Part shown: one piece after another, positions 18,840-26,258 of the stretch
How the letters are laid out: every line of letters starts with the position of its first letter
How positions within the stretch are numbered: position 1 is the stretch's first letter
Assembly: GCA_048885535.1 (NCBI GenBank)
Contig: JBHLLO010000028.1
Coordinates: 1 to 39,756 of the forward strand
Direction: 5' to 3'
DNA: 39,756 nucleotides
Source of the DNA: Candidatus Hermodarchaeota archaeon
GTDB taxonomy: Archaea > Asgardarchaeota > Lokiarchaeia > Sigyniarchaeales > SOKP01
Made by a program: the position numbers and the translations under genes
Notes under the pieces: generated by a model
What the model saw: the letters and a program-made list of their open reading frames with translations, nothing else
What the model was told of the DNA's origin: nothing
Databases searched by the model: none

Positions 18840-20339
18840 CTATTTATAAATAATTAATCCATGTTTCTCTAAATTCCTTAAAAAATCTGGAATTTCAACT
18901 ATTAGATTAAAATTTAAATCCAAAATTCTGAGAGAAGATAACTTTGATAGGGATATAGGAAGTGATTTTAATTTATTCCCCCATAAACTCAATACTTCCA
19001 AAGATTTTAAGTCACCAAACCACTCAGGTAATTCCTCAAAATTATTCCAACTCAAATTTAGCTTTTTAAGTGATTTCAGTAATGTAAATGATTTAGGTAA
19101 AAAACTTAATTTATTATTCCACATTGTTAATTCTTCTAATTCCGTCAATAATCCAATAGACTTTGGAAGTGTTGTTAATTCGTTATCATACAAATGAAGG
19201 CTATTTAATGATTTCAACGAAGTAATCCAATTTGGAAGCTTCAATAGCTTATTTCCGCCCAATCCAATTCTTTTAATAGATTTTAGAGATTTAATCCATG
19301 ATGGTAATTTTTCTAATTGATTTAATCCTAACTCCAAATATTTTAGAGATGATAAACCTTTCAAGTTTATTTTAATATTATTTAATTTATTTCCATATAA
19401 GTCTAAAATTTCGAGTTTTCTAAGGCGATTTAATGTCTTTGGTAATACAGTTAGCTTATTTGACCTTAAATTTAAGATTTTAAGAGAGGTAAGATTTCCT
19501 ATGGTGTCTGGTATCAAACTCAATTGATTATAGCGCAAATTGAGATATAATAATGATTTTAAAGTCCCTATATTTCTAGGGAGCTCCTTTATTTTGTTAT
19601 AGCTTAGATCTAGATGCGAAATTAATGATAAGTTCTTAATAGACTCTGGAATAGTGGATAAACGGTTAAACTTTAAGTCAAGCCTCTTTAATTTGTTTAA
19701 TTTAAATATAAACTTAGGCATTTTTTTTAGAATATTCCATCCATATACATGACTGCTTACGTCAGACAAATCTAATTCCATAATTAACCCATTTCTTAAT
19801 TTATAACGTATTTTTCCGAATTTTTTTTCCAATTGGTTAATTATTAAGTAGTTTTTGAGGATCTCAGCAAGCTGTAGGCATGTAAAGTTTTTCATAGCTT
19901 TTATTTTAAATAAATTATGATAGTGTATTTTAAAAACATCATGTTGAATTATCTCTAATTTATCTATTATAACTCCTTTTGATTGGGGGTTATCAAGTTC
20001 ACCTAAAGTATCTGTTATTGTAAGTAGGCAACGTAAAGACTTTTCATGATTGAGCGCCCAAGTCATTGGTTTTAAAGCTTTATCTTTAAAATTTTTCCTC
20101 AATATTCTTAATGCATTAAACCTAATTATCTCATGATTGTCAGAGATTAATAGATTTTCTAGAAGGTTAAAAACACGGGGACTTTTAGCTGATATTTCCC
20201 CTAATATAATTATGCTTCTAACTCTATCCGTTAAACTTTCACTATTATCTATTAAGGAAATTAACTGAATAAGAGCAGTAGATTTATCTAGAACATTATT
20301 TAAATATTTTGTATAAATTTTTTCAGGGGATTTTTCCAT
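18840..20339 (-). CDS. HEAT-like N-terminus plus leucine-rich-repeat protein (tandem paralog)
   Basis: LENLLISDNHEIIR followed by about twelve 23-aa LRRs. Confidence 0.9.
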   Translation of the reverse strand: MEKSPEKIYTKYLNNVLDKSTALIQLISLIDNSESLTDRVRSIIILGEISAKSPRVFNLLENLLISDNHEIIRFNALRILRKNFKDKALKPMTWALNHEKSLRCLLTITDTLGELDNPQSKGVIIDKLEIIQHDVFKIHYHNLFKIKAMKNFTCLQLAEILKNYLIINQLEKKFGKIRYKLRNGLIMELDLSDVSSHVYGWNILKKMPKFIFKLNKLKRLDLKFNRLSTIPESIKNLSLISHLDLSYNKIKELPRNIGTLKSLLYLNLRYNQLSLIPDTIGNLTSLKILNLRSNKLTVLPKTLNRLRKLEILDLYGNKLNNIKINLKGLSSLKYLELGLNQLEKLPSWIKSLKSIKRIGLGGNKLLKLPNWITSLKSLNSLHLYDNELTTLPKSIGLLTELEELTMWNNKLSFLPKSFTLLKSLKKLNLSWNNFEELPEWFGDLKSLEVLSLWGNKLKSLPISLSKLSSLRILDLNFNLIVEIPDFLRNLEKHGLIIYK

Positions 20340-20535
20340 TAAACTTCGAAATTCAGACTATATATATAAATTTGCAAATTTTAAGATTTTTCAGAGAATA
20401 TAATTAAAAGAGATTAATTACATTTGTGATGTTTAAATGTAAATAAAATTTTTCATTTTGGGAGACTATATCTTCCTAAAATAAATTTTTTAATATTTCT
20501 ACTGCTGAAATTCTATTATTTCTAGCTCTTTAGGC

Positions 20536-22104
20536 TTATATTCTTTCGATCATCATTCCACCTAATATTATAGGTCCACCAGTAGAATTATATATTTTTT
20601 CTGCTTTGTTTAATTTTGATTTACTTTCAGAATAAATTCTAAAAACTAGATCTCCTTCCTTGATTCTAGCACCTTGTTTTTTGAAGATTTCAACACCTGA
20701 ACTCTTAGAATGGGGACAACCTGCAGCTTTAGCAATTTGATTTATGATGGCATTATTGACCTCTGTTATGTGTCCCGCTTTTGTGGCAAAAAGGTCCTTA
20801 TTATAAGGTCCAAGCTCTATTTCTTCTGGTTTTATATTAGGATTTCCCCCTTGAGCCTTAATTATTTTTTGCATCTTTTTATAAGCTTTTCCTGACCTTA
20901 AAAGTTCTTTAGCTAATGCTTGACCCTTTCCTTTTTGCGCCTTGCCACCCATTTCAAGTAAAATACCTGCCAATTCAGTTGATTTTTCAATTAATGAGTT
21001 TGGACCCGCTGTATAATCTATTAACAAAGTTAAAGCTTCTTTTGCTTCTATTGCAGGACCAATTGCATGACCAATAGGTTGGTGAGCGAGAGTTAAGGCG
21101 CATTCAGCTTCTATTCCGACATTTTTAGCAATATCTTTAAAAAGATAGGCAAACTTCTTTCCAGCATCTATTGTTGGAAATTTTGTTCCAGTCCCAACAG
21201 GGATATCTAAAACTAAGTTTTTGACCCCAAGAGACAATTTTTTAGTAAGTATTGAAGGAATCATCAGTCCAATAGGGTCCATATGAAGAGGGCGTTCAAT
21301 TTCAATAAGAATATTATCAGCTGGTGAGGTATTCAAAGCTCCACCCCATATTATGCACCCATTCTCTTTGGCAACTATAGTTTTTAACTCTTCAGAATCA
21401 AATGCAACTGGTGCCAATACTTCCATTGAATCTGCTGTTCCTGATGGCGATGTGATTGCCCTAGTAGATGATTTTGGAATTGTTAATCCAGCGGCCGCAA
21501 CAATAGGAACTATAATAAGAGAGACCTTATTTCCTGGGACGCCCCCTTTCAGCAAGATTTACTAAGTGTAAATATCTGTACTGTGTTTATCGTAGACGTC
21601 CATTCCAAAGTAAAAAATATCTCCACTTCTTACCTCTGCTAAGGTCAGAGCAGTCATTTCCTCATTGTCCATTCCATTTATCTGGACTCCAGTTATAAAT
21701 GCAGCTAAATCAATTCGAGATAAAGATCCTGAAACCGCGTCGGAAATAATACTGTTAATTTCTTCATTATTTAACTTACTTCCTCTTATCTTTTTTTGTA
21801 TAAATTTAAAAGATTCAGGTGGATCTGCTGGTTTTACGGAAACAATTGCCCCATCCTTAAGCTCCTTTTTCTCTCTTAAAATATCTAAAAAAATACCTAT
21901 TTCACCAGGTTCTACAATGGAATTTGAATAATCTATTTGTATGATTGCGACCCAAAATTCAGTATCAATTGATTTTGATTCTTTACTTCGAATATATACA
22001 CGTTCGCCTGCTTTTTGACCAAGTTCTTGGGCATCTTTAATATTTAAAACAACATCCTTTGTATTACCTGTTTCGAAATTTATTTTTTTTACCTTGAGCT
22101 TCAT
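20536..22104 (-). CDS. deoA: AMP phosphorylase (thymidine phosphorylase family), 512 aa after removing a 30-nt intron; exons 22104-21578 and 21547-20536
   Basis: Two in-frame ORF pieces end in DKHST and resume at GGVPGNK. IPKSSTRAITSPSGTADSME, WGGALN, LVLDIPVG and QPIGHAIGPAIEA are intact. Confidence 0.9.
21548..21577 (-). other. Putative relaxed BHB/BHL-type mRNA intron, 30 nt, in AMP phosphorylase
   Basis: Minus strand reads CAGT-AC^A-GATATTTAC-ACTTA-GTAAATCTT-GCTG-AA^A-GGGGGCGTCC. Central helix CAGU/GCUG, 3-nt segments ACA and AAA, and an intron hairpin. Excision gives AGT ACA GGG GGC (S-T-G-G). Confidence 0.8.
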
Positions 22105-22225
22105 GATTTAAAATTACCCTTTTGCTATAGAGATATAAGACTGTCAATGTTTATATTTTTAATGTAATGAATAGCTCATCCTTTAAATTAATAAACTTAA
22201 TTAGAAAGTATTAATGATTTGATTT

Positions 22226-23365
22226 ATGAATAAATTTGAAAAAGCACAGAAAGTACTTAATGAACTGGATGCTGATGGATGGTTAATTGTATGTAATGAA
22301 GATACTGATGTTAATTCTAGATTCTTATTGGGAGTTGGATCACACGCACGACATTATGTATATATTTCTGCTGATGGAGATCACAAAGTTATTTCGGTTG
22401 AAATGGAAGCAGCTATGATCGAGCACTCTTTAAAAGAGAAAAATGTAAAATGTGAAGTTTATTTTTACAGATCATTAAAAGAATTAATATCTCTTCTAAC
22501 TCCAATTATTAATAAACCTCGAATTGCTCTTAATTTTGGGGAAAATGTTTTAAAGGAAAATGGTACTCCCTATGCCGATTATATCCGAATTGGGGATTAT
22601 TTTTCATTAAAAGAATTAGCACCTGAAACAGACTTTATATCAGCAGCACCTATAATTTATGAGCTTAGAAGTTCCAAATCTTTAGCAGAATTAAAAGATC
22701 TAAGAAATACATGTAAAGCGACAATAGAGATATTGGAAACTGTTCCAATTTTTGTTAGAGTAGGCATGACTGAAAGGGAAATCAAAGCCAAGATAGAATA
22801 TGAGTATATGAAGTTAGGAAAACCTTCTTTTGAAACCATTGTAGGTTCAGGACCTCATTCAGCAGACCCCCACCATAATAGCTCAAATAAAAAAATTGAA
22901 CCCGGAGTTTTATTAATTGATACCGGATTACAAATCGATGAGATGTGTTCTGATATTACTTGGACATTTTGGGTAGGAAATAAACCCCCAAAAGATTTTC
23001 TAGAAGCCTATCAAGTTCTTTACGATTCAAAGCAAATTGCTCATGAATATTTTTTAGATGGAAATTCAAATTGTTTACCAGCCATAAAATGTCGAGAATT
23101 TTTGGATGAAAAAGGTTATGATCATGAGAAACTCTTTTTTCATGGATTTGGGCATTCCTTGGGTTTTGAAGCTCATGATGTTGGTGCTAGAATATCCTGG
23201 AAAACTCCAGAAACATACACTTTGAAAGAAAATATGGTCTATACAAGTGAGCCTGGTTTGTATTGGAAAGAGAAATGGGGAATTAGATTAGAAGATGATA
23301 TAATTATTGGAAAAGAAAAGTGTGAACAAGTGACTTATAATCCAAGAGAACCTATCTTAATATAA
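22226..23365 (+). CDS. Xaa-Pro peptidase (M24 family)
   Basis: SADPHH, LIDTG, CSDITWT, HGFGHSLGFEAHD, SEPGLY and GIRLEDD metal-ligand motifs. Confidence 0.9.
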   Translation: MNKFEKAQKVLNELDADGWLIVCNEDTDVNSRFLLGVGSHARHYVYISADGDHKVISVEMEAAMIEHSLKEKNVKCEVYFYRSLKELISLLTPIINKPRIALNFGENVLKENGTPYADYIRIGDYFSLKELAPETDFISAAPIIYELRSSKSLAELKDLRNTCKATIEILETVPIFVRVGMTEREIKAKIEYEYMKLGKPSFETIVGSGPHSADPHHNSSNKKIEPGVLLIDTGLQIDEMCSDITWTFWVGNKPPKDFLEAYQVLYDSKQIAHEYFLDGNSNCLPAIKCREFLDEKGYDHEKLFFHGFGHSLGFEAHDVGARISWKTPETYTLKENMVYTSEPGLYWKEKWGIRLEDDIIIGKEKCEQVTYNPREPILI

Positions 23366-23374
23366 TAAGATAAG

Positions 23375-24682
23375 TTAGAGTTTTATTGAAAGAGGGAATT
23401 CTTTAATATCCTCAATTAAATTTTGATCAGGGTCTTTAAACTTAACCAAAATTCTGATTTTGTAATCCCCTGCCTCAAGTGGTTTTAAATTTATCTCCCA
23501 TTTAATTTCTTCATTTGGCCGTAGTGAATATATTTGTTTAGTAGTTGTGCCTCTCATAACCTTTAGTTGTTCTGGAAATTCTGTATCAATGTTTACATCT
23601 AAAGCCTCTCCTTCACTTTGGTTTCTCACTAAAATTTCTAAGGGAAATGTCTGACCTATTAGGGGCGTTCTTAAGTTTTTTGTCGATACTTCTAAAGAAG
23701 GAGGAGGTGAAATTAGGGTTGGTATTATTTTGGCTGTGTTATAAATAAGGATTAAATTGTTATTCAATTCATAAGTTAAAGACAATGGACCAATAAATGG
23801 ATTATCTAGTTGAAAGTGGGGCTTGATTACAAAGTCTAATTCATAAATTTTATCTATTTCCATATCTATTGGAAGTCCTGGTCTTTTACTAGCACTTAGA
23901 TTATCAGATAAGCTAAGATTAAATTTCGTTATGCTGAATTTTTCCAATTTAAGGTTATAAAAAGAGTTTTGAACCACTGAAATCAAAGGTTTTGTATCAA
24001 TTTTTACTTTTAGATTGATTATCTCGTTTGTTGTGTAAATATCTCTATTTAACACTAATTCAGATTTCAAATATAGTTGAATATTTGCCATAAATAAAAT
24101 TTTTTTAATTAATGTTAATTCAGCTTCGGTGAATTTATAATCATGAATGTTTCCTTGAACTTTTTCCAAATACTCGGGATTATTGTCGCGTAATGCAATT
24201 GTTAAATCTGTGACTAAGATTATTAAATTACTTTCTTTAAAGTAAGAACTCTCAATTTTGTTTTGCACTTTTTTAATAAAATTTAAACCCTCATCTTGCC
24301 TTGCTTTAGTAAATAAGCATAAGTAGGACAATACAGAGAATAAAACATATTGGGTGTTACGATCTGCTTGACTTTTTAATTTCGGGATAAAATCAACAGC
24401 TTTTCTAAATATTGTATCTGCTTCTTTATACTCTTCATTTAATATAGATGAATCACCTGCCATCCTTAACAATTCTAAACCAGATTGAACTTTATCCAAT
24501 TCAAAAAATGCATTTGTTCCATTTATAAAGCTAATTCTAGCTTGTTCATAATTTTCTAGCTTTAAATATGTCTGACCAGCAGTATTGTATTTCTTAGCCG
24601 ACTTTTTAAATTGTTTGGCTTTAAATAATTGTTCTGCCTTTAAAAATTGATTTTCAGCATCTTTAAGTAAATCTTTGCCCAT
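23375..24682 (-). CDS. TPR/SNAP-like helical N-terminus plus two Ig-like domains
   Basis: AEQLFKAKQFKKSAKKYNTAGQTY-type helical repeats. C-terminal beta-sandwich pattern GQTFPLEILVRN...LRPNEEIKWEINLKPLEAGDY. Confidence 0.55.
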   Translation of the reverse strand: MGKDLLKDAENQFLKAEQLFKAKQFKKSAKKYNTAGQTYLKLENYEQARISFINGTNAFFELDKVQSGLELLRMAGDSSILNEEYKEADTIFRKAVDFIPKLKSQADRNTQYVLFSVLSYLCLFTKARQDEGLNFIKKVQNKIESSYFKESNLIILVTDLTIALRDNNPEYLEKVQGNIHDYKFTEAELTLIKKILFMANIQLYLKSELVLNRDIYTTNEIINLKVKIDTKPLISVVQNSFYNLKLEKFSITKFNLSLSDNLSASKRPGLPIDMEIDKIYELDFVIKPHFQLDNPFIGPLSLTYELNNNLILIYNTAKIIPTLISPPPSLEVSTKNLRTPLIGQTFPLEILVRNQSEGEALDVNIDTEFPEQLKVMRGTTTKQIYSLRPNEEIKWEINLKPLEAGDYKIRILVKFKDPDQNLIEDIKEFPLSIKL

Positions 24683-24819
24683 TTAAAATTCACATTAATC
24701 TAATTTAATATTTCTATAAATTAATTTAAAAATTAAAAATTACGTGAAATAATCTTGTTTTTATTTAAATTGAAATTAAAAAAGGAAAAAAAATAAAAAT
24801 TATTGATTTGAATAACGAT

Positions 24820-25515
24820 TTAATAATCCATTACTATAAGTAGGAAGGCAATTAAAATTAGTATTCCTCCAAATCCTGCAACCAGAGCACCAAGAGTGAA
24901 CCAGGATATCCATGTAAAGATAACAAAACCAACTAATAGTACGAACCACCATGAATAATCAAAGATTTTAAAGTTGACAAGGTCAAAAATTACTAGTATA
25001 AAAATAACGATTAAAGCCAAGCCGAAGACAGCATTAACAACAAAAAGTGGAAAGCTGGTTAAAATTAATAATACGCATTCATAAGCTGCAAAGGCACAAC
25101 CTGCAAGTGCTACCATTTTAGAGACTTTATAAGCTTTTTTTGCAGTAACTAGTTCTATGATAAATGCCATTAAAAGTAACACAGCTGGGAAATAAACATT
25201 CGGAAAATAACCATATATTCCTCCAATATTCGCAATAAATAGGGTACTAACGTATACGATTAAGACTAGAACTGCACCATAGATAAGTAGCATCCACCAA
25301 GTATAGGGAATTTTAAATTTCCCAAGACTTATTAATCCTAATGAAACAAATATCAAGAATGCAATGACTAAACAGATTATTCCCCAGAGGACATATAAGC
25401 CTGTAGCAATTGTAACCCCATAAAAGTATGCAATTCCAAGTGAAAGTGTAAATAACATTCCAATAAAGGCAATCACTTTTGACGCTGTCATCTTTTCTTT
25501 GGGAGCTTCCGCCAT
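24820..25515 (-). CDS. Integral membrane protein (about 8 TM) built from two repeated halves
   Basis: Mostly hydrophobic. The halves KVIAFIG...IPYTWWMLLIYG and KMVALAG...FDYSWWFVLLVG resemble each other. Confidence 0.7.
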   Translation of the reverse strand: MAEAPKEKMTASKVIAFIGMLFTLSLGIAYFYGVTIATGLYVLWGIICLVIAFLIFVSLGLISLGKFKIPYTWWMLLIYGAVLVLIVYVSTLFIANIGGIYGYFPNVYFPAVLLLMAFIIELVTAKKAYKVSKMVALAGCAFAAYECVLLILTSFPLFVVNAVFGLALIVIFILVIFDLVNFKIFDYSWWFVLLVGFVIFTWISWFTLGALVAGFGGILILIAFLLIVMDY

Positions 25516-25692
25516 TTTTTATCACATAAATTTATTTTTTTTAAACTTGCTTTTAATTTCAAATGAAACTAAAATTAGGATTAATCTAGAATCACAAGTT
25601 TAAAAAGCTTTACCAATTCTTTATTATATTATTAATAGGATTTTAAACTTGAAATTAAAAAATCAAAACAATGAATTTTTCGTAAAAATTTT

Positions 25693-25731
25693 GTAGATCC
25701 GAAACCATTGCTTTATGGTTTGTCATCTTAC
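25693..25731 (-). promoter_or_regulatory. Eukaryote-like SECIS element in the 3' UTR of hdrA-mvhD
   Basis: Minus strand GUAAG-AUGAC-AAACCAU-AAAGCA-AUGGUUU-C-GGAU-CUAC: AUGA/GA non-Watson-Crick core, 7-bp upper stem and AAA-led loop, located just after genes with four in-frame UGAs. Confidence 0.75.
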
Positions 25732-25755
25732 GACTAAATTTTTTTCTCGTAAGAT

Positions 25756-26245
25756 TCATTCTTTCGGCTTTTTTTCTTTTTCTATTTCTTCTAAATTTAG
25801 AGATTCTTTTATTGGATTTTTACCAAGTTTTTCTATTATTTCAGATACTCTTATAACTTGTTCTTGGAATTTTTGACCTTCAGCAGCACTACAATGAAAT
25901 ATTTGTATTCTATCTGGAGAAATTCCTGCTGCTTTTAGGACTTCTTGAGTGTATTTAACATTTCTAGCAGCAACTAAGTTTCCTGTCTCATAGTCACATT
26001 CCCCTTCATATCATCCAGCTACAATTACTCCATCGGCACCTTTTCCGATTGCTCTCATCATAAGACTGGGTGTTACTCTACCAGTACAATTAATCCTAAT
26101 AGGTCTTATTGTTGCGGGGTATTGAGCGCGAATTGTACCCATCGTATTTCTGTTTACGATAAATTGTACCCGCCATATCCCCCGCTCCATAACCTCATTT
26201 CCAGCACATAAAGGCTAGAATCTTAATATTATTTTTAATCGACAA
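25756..26245 (-). CDS. mvhD: Selenoprotein MvhD/VhuD (methyl-viologen-reducing hydrogenase delta subunit), 152 aa; Sec17 and Sec68; exons 26245-26164 and 26132-25756
   Basis: Absent from the ORF track. GAGGTGA RBS then TTG at 26245. Spliced translation reads AFMCWKUGYGAGDMAGTIRAQYPATIRPIRINCTGRV...GADGVIVAGUYEGECDYETGN...SAAEGQKF. UGA codons at 26195-26197 and 26011-26013. Confidence 0.9.
26133..26163 (-). other. Putative canonical BHB mRNA intron, 31 nt, in mvhD
   Basis: Minus strand reads GCGG-GTAC-AA^T-TTATCGTA-AACAGAAA-TACGATGG-GTAC-AA^T-TCGC. Exon stem GCGG/UCGC, central helix GUAC/GUAC, two AAU bulges and an 8-bp intron stem. Excision restores A-G-T-I-R-A-Q-Y-P. Confidence 0.82.
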
Positions 26246-26258
26246 TTATTTCACCTCT

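Noticed and set aside
17438-20339. LRR arrays as DNA tandem repeats or diversity-generating retroelement targets
   Set aside because: The repetition is at the protein level. I saw no near-identical template/variable pair and no reverse transcriptase.
20536-22104. AMP phosphorylase as a pseudogene, a two-gene split or a stop-readthrough gene
   Set aside because: Both parts are otherwise intact. Readthrough would need TAG and TAA in tandem and would leave 10 extra residues in the active-site motif. Clean excision explains the sequence better, though it is untested.
26131-26171. Direct repeat with spacer as a minimal CRISPR array
   Set aside because: Only two 10-bp repeats, inside a coding region, with no cas genes in the window.
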